The notes: generated from the letters alone by a model not told the origin. A stretch of DNA of 62,115 bases, filler included, from Choristocarpus tenellus KU-1152 (GCA_964200185.2; 10 parts of 10 records of this genome joined end to end with filler, not necessarily neighbours in it), one strand, 5' to 3'; shown: positions 41,592 to 55,439, counted from the whole stretch's first letter. A program made the numbers and translations.

Positions 41592-42420
41592 AAAATAGGG
41601 AGTATCTCAGCAAGTCTCTTCCTCTTCACAACTATCAACGCAAATGAATACAGGCACGAAATCACAATAGCACTGAAATATGGTACAGCCCTAGACTGTT
41701 CCCCTTCAGAACTATAAACAACAACTACAGGACACCAAAATAATGTTTCACAGTCACAAACAAAAATAAGGTGCTGCCATAGAAAGGCTTGCCCTCCCTA
41801 CAAACTAAGTACATACGAACAAAAAAAGCAGTCTCAAAATAATATAAAAATAGGAGTGTCATATCAAGACTCTCCCCTCACAAATATCAAGACAAACGAA
41901 TATGGACGCAAAATCACAACAGCACTAAAATACGGAACTGCCATAGACTCTCCCCCTTCACAACTATAAACACAAACAACTATAGGACACCAAGACAATC
42001 CCTCACGGTCACATAGGTAAAGGTGCTGTCATGGAAAGGCTTACCTTCCTTAGGAACTATGAATATACAAAGAAAGAAACATGTCTTATAATATCATCAA
42101 AATAGGAAGTGTCATAGGAAGACTCTCCCCCTTCACAACTATCAGCACAAACAATACAAGACAAGGACAATGCCTCAACAAATACAGAAAAAGGCTCAAA
42201 GTATCTGGGGGGAGGATGGTGGCTGTCCATTTGGGGTCATTTTTTTCATGTCACAATTTTTGGGTGATTTGGTTACATATGTCGGATGGATAATGTAAAT
42301 GCACTTTTCCTGATTTTGGGTTAAATTGACACCCTGGTGTAGACCCCCCCCCTCCCCCAGATACTTTGGGTCAAAAATGTCTAGCAATAACAAAAAAATA
42401 GGAAATGTCATAGTAAGACT
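41592..42420. repeat. Diverged satellite with about 255-bp period
   Basis: Units start aaaatagg at about 41592, 41847 and 42099 and resume after the MITE. The internal motif ccccttcacaactat recurs roughly every 85-170 bp. Confidence 0.85.
42193..42372 (-). mobile_element. MITE family B copy inserted in the satellite
   Basis: GGCTCAAAGTATCTGGGG..CCCCAGATACTTTGGGTC with flanking AAAA/AAAA. Confidence 0.88.
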
Positions 42421-43107
42421 GATCACACTAGTTAGAGTGCGAAATCAGACATGCTATATGCACCTCAGCGTGAACTAGGTACACATGTTTCACGCTTACC
42501 ACAGGCGATTGTCATGTGTTAAGACAATATATCTCTTCTCTATCACCTCAATCGTGCTGGAGCAGCATGTATTGGTTGCCCATGCATGACAGAGGGACTT
42601 CAGTTCCAAGTTTGCCAGTTGTTTCCAACACAAGAACTCCAGTTCCAAATTAACCAGTTGTTTCCAACAATGATCGACATATCTCCTTGTTAGAAATGGA
42701 TCCCCAAAAGTCGTAAGGACACAGTCAGAATCAATAAATGTTGGACCAAATCAGAGTATATACTTTCATAATATATATATATAACTCCGACTAGGTCCAA
42801 AATGGATCAACAAATATCCTTGTTTTGCTTGGTAACCTGTCCCAAGGGTCACAGAATACCATCAGACTCAGTAGGCATCTGGCTTTATCCGAGTATAAAC
42901 TTGTTCCTTCTGAACTAGACCTTCAAATGTTACAAAGTGTATATTTCTGACATGGCCTAATATAAATGGGTCCCCAGTTCCGATCTCTCTAATCACAAAT
43001 GTGATTAATTTATATCTATGTTCCCTTTCAAAGTTTCTGTCCGCAAGGTCACAGGATACAATCTCGGACAAATGGTTTCTGTCCTAATCCGAGTACACAA
43101 TTGTTCC

Positions 43108-43910
43108 GAGTCAAAGTATCTTAGGGGGGGTGTCGGCCTCCGTTTTTCACTCTCTTTCGAGTTTTCCCTTTTTGGTGTGATTTGGTCGCACGTGTCGGAT
43201 TTGAAATGTCAGCAAAAAAAGACTGTTGGTTAGGTTCATTTCTGTCCTTGCGTGGTATAGGTATAACGGGGATATATGCCACCATTTGATGATCGGGTTT
43301 TGATTGGGGGAGGAGTTTGTACGTTTGCATGTGTCAGATGTCGAGTCTGCTCAAATAGGTCAATTGGTTTATGTGCGTTGGTTGCGCAGTTATGATGAAG
43401 AACGAGAGGTATACTTGGGAGGCTGTTCCATTTTTTTTTTGCATGACTGGGATTTGGTTAGCACCCAAAGAGGGTTGTCGGTTAGGGTGTTTTGCCATTG
43501 TTTATGAGGAATATAAAAAGATTTTGTCTGCTGCGGGGTTGCTCTGCTCGTTGGTTTGTTTGTGCATTGGTTGTTTTATGAAACGTACACATAGAGGATT
43601 GTTGGTTTGGGTCTGTTCTCTGCACGTGTGCACGACGAACCAAAACATACGGAGATAAAGTGTCTGATAGGTTAAAAAAAATTCTAAATGGGGATCAAAC
43701 ACCAGAAATGTGATTTTGGTGTATATTTGGTTATCGTGTCTGTTAGCAAGTATCAGTATCGTTCTTCTGGACGCACCCTTTTCATAACGTATGTGTATGT
43801 TCCTAGTTAGTAACGTTTCAGAGTAGGAAAATGTCATAAAAAAGGCGTTGGAAGTCAAGCACTAAGGGACAAGCAGGGCAAAACTCGTGCCCTTTAAGAC
43901 ACCTTCGCCC
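43108..43910 (+). mobile_element. Approx. 800-bp composite TIR element (B-like left part, family A right part)
   Basis: Left terminus GAGTCAAAGTATCTTAGGGG; 43690-43910 is homologous to family A; 43197-43230 is the reverse complement of about 50970-51002. No TSD seen. Confidence 0.7.
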
Positions 43911-44113
43911 TGTTTGTTGCACAGTTTAAATCTATGACTTATATTTGATTGTGTGCATGTGTTGGATGTTGTATGCAGTAAAACGTGGTTGTTGTTGCTG
44001 AGGGTGTTAGGGTTGAAGTTGTTCGTATGAGGCACGGCAAAAGGTGTCGACGGAATACTTAGTGTGTACAAGTGGTTATTGGTCAAATAATATTGTCGTA
44101 CGTTCCGAGGAAA

Positions 44114-44151
44114 GTGTTGAACTATCCCACATTGGACCCGCGGCTTTTATG
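44114..44151 (+). mobile_element. Putative LTR terminus repeat (copies on the minus strand at about 40660-40695 and 30520-30554)
   Basis: TGTTGAACTATCCCACAYTGGACCCGCGG begins sharply with TG in all three copies, with unrelated outer flanks. Confidence 0.55.
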
Positions 44152-44251
44152 NNNNNNNNNNNNNNNNNNNNNNNNNNNNNNNNNNNNNNNNNNNNTTAAT
44201 TAATTAANNNNNNNNNNNNNNNNNNNNNNNNNNNNNNNNNNNNNNNNNNNN

Positions 44252-46760
44252 CTGAGGGAGTCGGGGCTGTGGTTAAGTCTGCCACCAGGAGGCTCGACCT
44301 AAATGGGGTACGGATGCCGGGAACCTCATCCTTGGTGGAGACAAACGAGGCGAGCAAGACACAGTACATGTTGAGGGATCCAACACGAGAGGAAGAGGGG
44401 CGCCTCAGTAAGGACTGCCAAGGTTCCTCCTGGACAGACCGTCGTCACCAAGGTCGGTATCCTCCATCCATACACTCCTCATCCTCGCGTGTTCAACCTA
44501 TCTTTCCAAGAAGGAGAAATATTTGTCCATTCCTCTCCTAGATTCAACACCTCTATATCTGAAAACGTAATATGACGATAATATCTCGCTATTTAGTGGG
44601 AAAACACATGGTAGGCATATCACTGATACACACTTCTCCATCAATCACCACCTGAGGAGTTTCACTGCATTATTTTCAACATTGCGCGTATCTCTGCGTC
44701 GAACGTCAGAGGCAAACCCAACCACAGATTGTGACAAATATTATAATACCACTTACATCTGTATCGCCGTAGAAAACAAATAATTCGTTTTCCTCCCCAT
44801 AATAATTTTATGGCGTTGGATCATTCATAATTTCATCTTCTCATACTCACAAAGACGAGGATATACCACTCACTTGCTGCTACACACCAACACCATATCC
44901 ATTAGGACTTGATAGACAGCAAGAGCAGACTGCACAGTAAGACATGGGCGAAACGTTTGTGGAATGATACCATCAGAAGGCAGGAGATCATTCATATTTC
45001 AGCGTACAAGATTGATTGGAAGGGGCACGATTACTACGTCCCAAAGTTCAGTGGCATAAAGTCCATTTACAGGTTCTTCACTAGTCTATGGGCCAACGGA
45101 AGCTCTTTGACAGTGATGTACTACGAGATGCCATGATACTGCACCAACTGTTCCATTGGCAATGTGGCAAACTGCACCTATGTGCCTGAGTTGAAGGAGA
45201 TAGACCTCGGATTTTCCCCCGATGACCAGGTGGACGACATGTACCTAGGGACTCACCTCTCCAGGAAGAAGAGATAGCTCACGGTGGGGAATGTATGCAT
45301 TGTGCAAACAGAGCAATCGAAGTACAATGGGTTGGAGTTCCTGCCGTTCACTGTACACCAGAAGGAGACCATTAAATTGAACGCCAGGGACAATTCCAGT
45401 TATGGAGGGATGCTCAGTGCTGGCGATGACATGGTCTTTGTCAGGAAAGATTTCGAGGTGTTGAGTGCCAGCTTTGTTGATGGAGGGCCGACAGTTGGCC
45501 TATCACATATAGACAGGGTGAGTTACACTAATTTTTTTCTAAACAAAAATTACTACGTATTAACCTTCTCTTCATGTAGACAATAATGTGTATTGTTTGA
45601 CAAAATCACTTTCGGGAACGTTCAGAGAATTTTACATAACAAAATAAAAATATAATTGTTTTGTATAGATTTCTTTCCCTTCGGGAGTTCACGACATTGT
45701 TTGTTTGTTTTGGTCCTTATCACGGGCGTCAAACAAAACCTGTCCACCACAATACTACTGTGTCACACAAACGTCTTCACGGTTACCTCCATTACCCTTT
45801 CCCAATAACACCAAAAAATCATTGTGGCGATGTGGATGTGCAACCGGGTCTCCACATCGTCCCCTTCGCGCTATTCTCACCTCCGACTCCATACACCTTC
45901 ATCATGACAACCTAGACGACATGTTCGCCATCCTGCCCGGACAATACGGAGTTTCACTTCTGAATCCAATCAGTAATCACTAGGCAGGATACCTGTTTGC
46001 TTCTCAAGGCAACACAGACACAGAGACACATCTAATGCCAAGTTTGGTCGAGGAACCACTTTCGTCCTATGTGGGAGTGAGGATGCTATCATGTGGGGGG
46101 GTATCCGCGACGTTGATGTAGACAATTCTGGGGCATGTATATACTCTGTGTGTTGCCAAGGAGAGGACGGTGAGAACTCCTTCCCACCTGGGCTGAGGTA
46201 GTTCATGACAGAGGACAAGATCGAGGAGGGGGTCGAACAACTATGGGAGAAGGAGAAGAGGGACCGTGGTGAAGCTGCAGCCGAGCGTGTCATCCAACAC
46301 CGCATGCAGATGGATTGCCAGGTCAAGTGTAGAGAGGAGAAGGATGCCAAGAACCATCACTGAGGGTTGTGCCGGATTTGGACGAGGAAGGAACACTTCA
46401 TGCAAGAGTCAAGGACAGGGAACTGTACTTTCAATGGGAGGATCATTGGATGCGAGGGACCGTGGCCAGATAACAGCCCCGACATACAGTGAGAGTGGGA
46501 GAGGAGCGAGTCAGCTACCCCTATGAGGTAAAATGGGAGAATGGCGAGGTGTGAAATATCCAGTCTGTTGTAGAATGGTACAGTAAAGGGCAAGACACTC
46601 CTACACGGGTCTGGTTCTGGGCGAGTCCTACATTGCCATAATGTAGAAGAGAGACACAGCGTCGGACAGTCTGCAATTTGCATTCATACTCATGAGTCAC
46701 CCTCTCCTTCATCAATCCAGCAAATGCTTCCGTGGAGATCTTGTGTTAGAGAGGTCGGAC
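44252..46760 (+). pseudogene. Degenerate Sola2-like DDD transposase (C-terminal half), interrupted by an insertion at about 44369-44892
   Basis: The contig starts EGVGAVVKSATRR, resembling HGKG..DG.GA.VK..R after the third catalytic Asp. Downstream: IIHISAYKIDWK..KFSGIKSIYRFF..MP*YCTNCSIGNVANC (C-x-C-xx-C-x-C cluster). Several stops. Confidence 0.55.
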
Positions 46761-49700
46761 TTTGCTAATGTAGGAGTGCACTTTTTCATTTATTTTATTC
46801 GGTTTCAAAATATTTCCCCTATCATTTACGTAGATGTGTGTTACCCCTTCATTTATTGTCCTGATCGCTATCGATGTTTTTAATTTATGTATTCAACTAT
46901 ATCCTAATAATTACTGGTATCCGCCATGGTAAATTTAGATGTCATAGAACTTGACATCAGAATTAAAACTTGTGTGTGTGTGTGTGTGTGTATGTAATAA
47001 GAGTAGGCGTTCTTACATCATAATAAAACAAACAATACAATCCTACGAATTTGTCGTGTACTGTTGTGCGATTTTTTTTATGCAGCGCTCCTTCGATGCT
47101 ATACGGACACACTCGACACAGATTACGCATTCGTCCTTCCCAGATAACGTACCTTAGGACATTGATGTGACATTTTGCACTTCAAAAGGGACATGATCTA
47201 TTCCTCAATGCAGGTGTGAATCTACCTGCAAATAATTTATCCTTGGAAATGTGCTAGTGCATACAATGCACAAGTCTTCTCCTTCACGCCCTTAGATTGC
47301 TGAAGCACCAAGGTCATTGACAGACAGATAGCCCAACTGGTACAGCTGACATACTCTCCCTTACTTAATTAAATGGTCCAAAACTCAAGGCGAAAAACCT
47401 ACAAGAAGTAACCCCAACTCCACATCTCATTAAAACAACACAAACCCTCGACTCGCAAAATATACAAACAGGCAACTTTAGCATCATTATAATACAGTCC
47501 ACATAAATCTAAGCGCTGAGGACATATCTTGAGTACAGGGTATTCCACACTTCATTAAAACAGGACCAACCCTCAACTTAGTAAAACTTGCAAATAGACC
47601 ATTTCTCCAACACATGTTCAAGCCCCAAATGGACATCCTGAGCTAGACCCCCCCCCCTCCCTGATATTTTGGATCATATACAATCAGTATGGCAACACCA
47701 ACTACCGATACATATGGGTTCACACTTGAAGATCTTGTAGAGAGCGGATCCCCCCCGCCAACCGGGATGAGGAGGAGACAGGAGAGTCTGCAATTGAAGG
47801 TATCACTGGGACCCGACAGGCAGCCTCTCCTACCAGGAACGCTAACCTACGCTCACCTCAGCAACCACNNNNNNNNNNNNNNNNNNNNNNNNNNNNNNNN
47901 NNNNNNNNNNNNTTAATTAATTAANNNNNNNNNNNNNNNNNNNNNNNNNNNNNNNNNNNNNNNNNNNNCGTGTCAGATGGAATAAACACTACAGAACTTC
48001 ATTCGTCAAAGGACACCAGGTGAGTACCCTTCCAGAAGGATATAACACCTGACAACGACCGGCCATGCTCTCCGGACCTAGCTCGATGCACAATACATTT
48101 TCTCTACCCTTCCATCGGTTTCCCCTATCCCATTTGCAGTGTGCCCACCACATACAGTCATCACTCGATCAAAGGAGAGACACTGTCCAACCACCGAATG
48201 TCGCCATACCTCCAAAGGGAAGCAAGAGGTGAGTCCCGTACAACAAAAGTACACCCTCTGTCCAGCTCATTTAGGAGTGCATCTCGAAGATAAATCTTGC
48301 AAACTCTATTATAATGTAGTGCCCACGAAGAATGTTGCGATGTTTATCCGTTCGCATAGCCTGTACCACCATGTGCGTGCCATCATTTACCCGACCGATT
48401 ATATAACCTTGTAGTCACGGCCCTCCATCCCAAACGTTCTTGTGTAGCTTACCGTAGCTCACAATCTCATTCTAGGTTGACCACTCCTCATGAAGCAGCT
48501 GTTCACGGTGTAAAACCTGTTCGACCAATTGTTTCTACGCATTTCTCTCTATAAATAGTTCCAAGATCCCTTGTGCCAACTTTGGTGAAAGGATGAACAT
48601 GGTAAGCCCGTTTCCACACCGCATGTATTTCACCGCGTGTGTCATCGTAGAGTTCCCTCCGCTGTCAGCATGCGACCGGTCACGATGCGAGCCTGGGCGA
48701 CCCACAAATCGCATGAACCCCCTCGATCCCGAAACACGCTTGTTGTTAAATATTCGACCCCTCAACCCACCATACGAAACCGGTGCTTATTTGAGATTTG
48801 TCATGGGCATACACATGTCCCAGGTTATGTGTGCAGCGTGTGCATCCAAGCACTTGCTGCTTAATGGAAAACCACGCCCCCCCACACCCCTGCCATTTGT
48901 GCATTCTCCTTCTTGTACAACCCCTATCTACCATAAGCCACCAATAACACCCGCAAATATAGTCGTCCAACATTGCATCCCACAAGGACATCCTCAAATG
49001 ATACTTAGCCCGTCGTCGTAATGCAGCATACGCTAGTCTTGGAATAAAAAATACGCCGTACCCTATGCCCTACATCTGAACACGATCCCGTGCCACACAC
49101 GACCTCAAACCGATCTAAGAGCATAGACATCGTCATTATTACGCATCTAGAGACGTAGACAAGAAGTAGAAGCGTCAAACTAACCCTTGGCCGTGTTCAC
49201 ACGCTTTGATTACATAACACTCCCCCAGATGGAAAGCGGAGGCTATCTTGACTCTACAAAATAAAGAAACCAAGCAGTCCATAGAATCCAACTCTAACAC
49301 CATCCTACGCACACTTACAACCCTCTGACCTTATACCATACACAACCCTCCCACCGCCTTTTGCACTCTCTGCTCTCATCGCAAGACAAATAGTGCGAGA
49401 TTCAGTTGTGCCAAAACGAGAAGGACATTGAAGTACCCATGTGCACGTGATTAACGAGGAACACCCATTCGCACACAGATACACACACACACCCTATGCC
49501 AAACACACCCAACCCATGTAATGACCAATGACATGAATTAATACCATGTGATCGGAAGAAGTGTTGGATTTGCCTACGATTTCCCCTCCCCCAACACTCA
49601 GACACAATATAACTGAAATATGGACACCCACAGACGGGTGCCAAAAAATGACCGCTCACATTAGGAAAAGAAGCAGGTTGGTTGGTCAAGGCAGCACAGA

Positions 49701-52249
49701 CAGCTGGTGAGGGGTTTTGGGGTAAAACAGGTTGAAGCATTGACGCGAGGACCGCCAGTACACTGTTGACAACCTCTTGGTGAGGCAGTGAAGTTTGGCT
49801 TGGTACCTCTTCTAGCATGGATATCTTGATCTGGTGGGGTAGTTACATTTCCTGCCTGATGATCGGGGTTTGGCTAAGGCGGCATGAGGGTGTGACATGC
49901 TAGGATACATAGCACGTGCATCAGTCATGCTACCTAAACCAGTGTGGGTCTTATCCTTGTCGATGTAAATTTTCCAGCATTTGGATTGGCTGGGAAAAAT
50001 GCATATTGGTCGCTTCGATTGGACAGTTCCTCTATAAGATCATCAAAGATCCATTCTGCTTTGATTCCACGGCTTACCATTTTCATTCCCCAAAGGATTA
50101 TTCTGCGAAATTGCTAGTGGGCGAATTTGGCGTCGAATTTCTTTGCGGAATGAAAATGCCATGGACTGCACTCCGATCTGATCTAGAACATTAGGGAGAA
50201 GAATTGGAAGAGCTCTTTCACACACATCGATGAGTTGATCTTCAGCTATGTATCTCCAAAAGAGGGTTGTTTCATACACATGAAGCATCCCCGAATATAC
50301 ATACGGTATATGCTCAGTAATGCAAAACAAGACGGTTGGCTGCAGCCTTCCACGACTCTCCTCTCTCCGTCCTCAAAGAACTCATGGCAACCTTCACTGT
50401 GTGTTTTTACTGATTGTATGAAGGAGTACATTCTCTCACCAAAATACGAACCCACTCGGTTGCCGTGATATCTTCCCGAGGGACTTGCAGGAGCTGTCCT
50501 GTGACACTTGGGACTTCGATTGTATAGACGAGTTGCTCAGAAGATCACTGTGGGTTCTGGGGGAGTCAGACAAGAGTTGTTCGAGGTGCTCGATCTGAAA
50601 GGGGGGCTAGGGCATCACTTCGTGGATGTGATGCATAATGGTTGTGGGATCAGTCCTTAGGTAAGGCCCTCAATCCTCCTAGAACTCTCCCCAGAGCCTT
50701 GGTGAGGGCATCAGCGCAAAAAAGCGGACTTATGCCCCCAATGGACAAACAGGGCAAAACTCGTACCCTCTAAGATACTTTCGCTCTTATTGGACGTGGT
50801 GGGTGCGGAGTTATCTGCAGGTACTCCTAGAAAAACAAGGCCTTTGGCTGGGTCTCCGAGTTCTTATGAATGCTTTCCATGGTTTTAACACAGTCTTGAT
50901 GGTAACACATGTCGAGGGTCTAAGTATCTGGGGGGGGGGGGGGTGTGAGGGAGGGCGTCCGTTTCGGTCAAACAACTCTTTTTTTTGCTGACATTTCAAA
51001 TCNNNNNNNNNNNNNNNNNNNNNNNNNNNNNNNNNNNNNNNNNNNNTTAATTAATTAANNNNNNNNNNNNNNNNNNNNNNNNNNNNNNNNNNNNNNNNNN
51101 NNGTTATGACCCAAATGGACACCCTCGTGTAGACCCCCCCCCCAACACCCAGATACTTCGGGTCTCTGGTTCTGCCTCACAGCAAGGCATGAAGTCTTCA
51201 ATAAGGGCAAACTCCTGATGATATTATCTATTGAACACAGAGACAGGAAATAGCTTTCCTTTGAGGATATTTGTTTTGGTGGGTACACAGTTAGATCATG
51301 CTGTAACTATAAACATAGAATCAAGTAAGGTTTGTGTTGACTACACAGACTGCGACTTCGGAAAGCTTTGGAATTGGTATGGTGTTGCCTTGTAGAGGAT
51401 TGTAGTTACAAAAGGGAAATGAGTGTCACTAGAGTACTTTCAGATATCACCCTTGAACCTTACAGCTATCAATGTAGACATCATTTTTGTCATGCCTTTG
51501 ATTGGCAGGCACCACAGTGGACAGATACAAGATATCACTTGTAAAGCTCTAGACAAATAGCAGTGAGGGTCAAAACAATATATATTAATAGCAGTGAAAT
51601 TTATTGTCCCACACAAGCTTCTTCCATAAATGGGCCCGATAGTACACTTTCAAAAAACACATCGCCCAAATCATAATTTAACTCATTTGTGCTTCACAAA
51701 TCTGTCGAAAAAAAAATGTAAAAATACTTGTATGTGAAGGTTGAAGGAGTGACGAAGATGTACAAATCATTTCTACCCAGGAATCTTCTACCACAAATCA
51801 TGTACTGAATACAACTCAATGTTGAGGAATAATGTACAAATCCCGATTTGTCCATATATATAACCTTGCTGGTTACCATCTACAAATGACTTGTAGATAC
51901 CATTGATATCACTGACCATTTTACCAAATATACATAGGTTGAAGTGTAGCTGGTATTAAAATAATAAATTGTCTTTAGAGAGGTATCATTCGCATTTACG
52001 ACAACTATTACTTTTACTGGGATCCTTGTGATATTGGTTTGACTTTTTTCCTGACACAACTAAAAAAATATTAATCCCAAGGTGGACCTTCAGACAAAGC
52101 AGTCAAAGCCAGTCTAGGTGGATTGGGAGAGGGGATAATAAAATATACTTAAGTGAATTGTCCCCATCTATCGACAAAATATCGTTTTTGTATTATTGTT
52201 ATGTCCCTACCTATCTTCAGGACAAACACTCCGATGTGATTTCACAGAA

Positions 52250-52355
52250 GAGAACAATGTACAAATCTTATGTTATGATTTAGTAGGAAAGAACAATCTT
52301 GTACAAATCTTATGTTGTTGATATAGTAGGAAGGAAAAATTGTGTACAAATTTTA
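52250..52355. repeat. Approx. 42-bp tandem repeat, 2.5 copies
   Basis: tgtacaaatcttatgtt..agtaggaa repeated. Confidence 0.75.
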
Positions 52356-52609
52356 CGATACTTCCTACTACTATAATTACATGCATCATGTTTTTGACGT
52401 GGACTTTAGTAACCTATTATCACATCTACCAATATCTCACTATGTATTCCAATCATCGGTTAAATCTTCAAAATAATATTCTCTGTAGTTCAAAATGGTC
52501 TTCTTCTCTCCAGTAGGACAGGGAGGTGGCATATGGTGTATACGAACTTCCATGTTTTGTACCGCTAACTCACTTTTAGCCATGCTCACCATGAAAACAA
52601 TGCACAGTG

Positions 52610-53500
52610 CCTAAAGACTGTGTTGCAGAATACTCACATCATCAGTTGGGGATGTTGGAATTATATCGTTCTCACAGATCCTTTTCTGACTATTAGTCAT
52701 AATCTTGACTCCACAAAAGGTGTTCATGATCAAGGTATTGCGGTAGACCTGATACAGCGATATTGATTGGCTGGAATTAGAAGCAGTGGGAAGTGGGAAT
52801 CTGGAGAGGGGTGCGGGGAGGCTCCCACCCAGAAGAGGGATTGAAGATGGGAGATAACACAACACCTGGTTCAATTAATCTGATCTTCCCTCCATGCTTG
52901 GTACACTGCATGTCAACAAGGATAGCCCCCAGAGATTCCTGGTCCTACTAAGATCAATATCCCCTGGTCTCATGAAACAGCAACCATTGAGGTACCCAAT
53001 ATTATTTCTCTCTTGCTGTTATGCAATACTGTCAAATGAGGCTCCCATCCTTCCCTGACAGAAATATCTGACATTACAATCTGGCACAAGTCGAGTTTGC
53101 AACTTCATCTACATATATTGGTGATGTTGCACAAACATCTACTAGTCCAGACACTTTACGGATTGCAGATGAAGGCCCATGAGAAGCCAACGAACCTCAT
53201 TGCCACTTCCATATTGAATCCCATCAACCTCGCTTCCACCTATGCGAACACCACACCCAGCACTCTCTTCCACAGTGTTGTAGCGGACAATGTTACTGTT
53301 ACCACGGATATTAATCCCTGATTGGAAGAGACGTGCAGGGGGAGAGGTTCAGTTATGCAATGAGGAGGTGGAGGTAAAGTAGGGACAACCAGGAAAGGAA
53401 GTGTGGAATATGCATGAAGATTAAGTTGAGAAAATAATGGAATCCTATCCACAGGCGAGCTTACCAGCTGAGTTTGGATCAAGCTGTCCAAAGCAGATGT
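52610..53500 (-). mobile_element. Non-LTR retrotransposon remnant with restriction-like endonuclease (CRE/R2-group)
   Basis: Broken frames give GLHLQSVKC..HHQYVDEVAN..MRPGDI..AILVDM, matching the zinc knuckle / RHN / RPD..VD order of REL domains. Confidence 0.5.
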
Positions 53501-54469
53501 TATACTCAATCACGTTGAAGGATGAACCCTCCTTTACATCTATTGCCTCATTGCCCTTATAACGGAAAATTTTACAGAATGTCGCATGGGTATGATTAGC
53601 ACAGGCATTGAACAGTGGGGAAGGTTAGTAAGATTTGGATAATGATGTAAGTTTCGAGTCTGGTCAGAATTGCCAATAAGAGCTCCACAAAAAAATCTGT
53701 AATTGTTGCAAGTAAGAGATATAGTTTTTCTTCTTGTCTACAGAACCTTTTGGCTATGGGTCTGACACCTCTTGGACTACATTGTGAAAAAAACAATATA
53801 CTTGACAGTAGATGTAATGATGATGATGAATATAATATATTGAAAAGATATCAAGGGCACATCTTCTTTTATGCCAGTAGGGCACTGCAGTCTAACCCAT
53901 TCCATCATGATGGAATATTCACGCCATTACACGGATGTGTGAGGAGCTGTGTAAAGAGTAGTGTGGTGGGTAGATCAGGTTGCAAAATGGACTGACAAAA
54001 CCAATACCAAAGTCCTAAGTTTCCCCAGGTTTTGCACAGAGCAGACCAAAGTTACAGAACTGAGATGAATTCTTGCAACAATTTTTAGGTGAAATGCTGT
54101 AGTTCAGCGTAAAAGGAGTTGTTCTAGTTCTTTTGTTTCCTCTATGCATAGTGCAATAGTTGAAGGGTACATACATGCATTTATATCGCATATCAAACAG
54201 CCGATTTCAAAAATTGAGGATGGAGCTTTTCATTGAGGATGGGCTTGACCCAAATTGACTNNNNNNNNNNNNNNNNNNNNNNNNNNNNNNNNNNNNNNNN
54301 NNNNTTAATTAATTAANNNNNNNNNNNNNNNNNNNNNNNNNNNNNNNNNNNNNNNNNNNNCCTCCTACCATGTGAGTAGCCAGCTCATCCATGAAGCATT
54401 CCACTTGCTTGAAAAAAAAAAAAAAACTTTCCACGGCAAAGGTGTTGAGGTTATAAGTCAAATGTGTCA

Positions 54470-55260
54470 ATGGCAAAACCAATGAAAATACCATTCCAAT
54501 GTCAGAACAACCCCTGAAAAAGTGTCAATTGTCGTAAGTATATATTTATTATTATGCCCTCTGATATTTACCAGATGTGTCGAACGATAAACCAATGAAA
54601 ATTATTCACATGTCAGAAAAAACCCAAAGAAAGTAACAGTTGTCGTAAATGTGAAAGACATTCATCCATTACTATTTTTCTACCAGCTACACTGTACCAC
54701 TGCCTTCCTGTACCTCCAACCTAGCTGAGTCCTGCAACCCAGGGTGAGGAGCTAGAGAAGCATCCTAAGAATCTAACAAGCCCCTCCTTACCCACCTCCC
54801 ACATTTATTATAATAATGTAATATATTCCGATGAAATATGTTCTCAACCGATGACGGTATCCAGGGTTGTCCCTGACTGTCATATATTTTATGCCACCAG
54901 GCAGAAGGTCAAGAAGAGGCCTGTCAGATTCTTGGAATGGTTCCCTAGGTCCTTGCCTACTTTTGTAAGGCTAAGCTAGGCTAGAGGCATAGCAGCAGTG
55001 TACACAGAATGTTGTGTTCACCAACCCTTTATGGGAGTTTTGTAGTACATACCAGTATTCAAATACTGAAGTAGTGGGTAAATAGTTTTGGGGAGGTAAT
55101 GTTCACATTTACGAGAACTGTTACTTTTTCAGGAATCCTTGTAATATTGGTTTGACTTTTCCCTGATACATTTGCAAAATACTAGAAGGCACAATAATAC
55201 ATATTATCGCTCTCTCTGACATTTTGCAGATATGTCATGGAAAACTAAACTAAACTATAT
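54470..55260. repeat. Dispersed repeat family C in tandem and inverted arrangement (copies at about 10081-10130, 40430-40500, 51990-52060 and 56120-56170)
   Basis: Core ctctgacattttgcagatgtgtca..aaaccaatgaaa; about 54630-54655 is inverted relative to about 55103-55130. Confidence 0.7.
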
Positions 55261-55439
55261 TACCTGGACTACTGCTGAACATACAACATTTAGTTGTCGA
55301 TTCTAAGACGCCACTCTTAAAAAGTAAGTACTGTTTGAAAGCTGACAATACAACAATGTCCCCTTTTGAAGGTAGTTTACTACAATGCAATGTGTACACT
55401 GTTGTTGTGCTTGTAAACTACCTTGGACCTATGGAGGTA

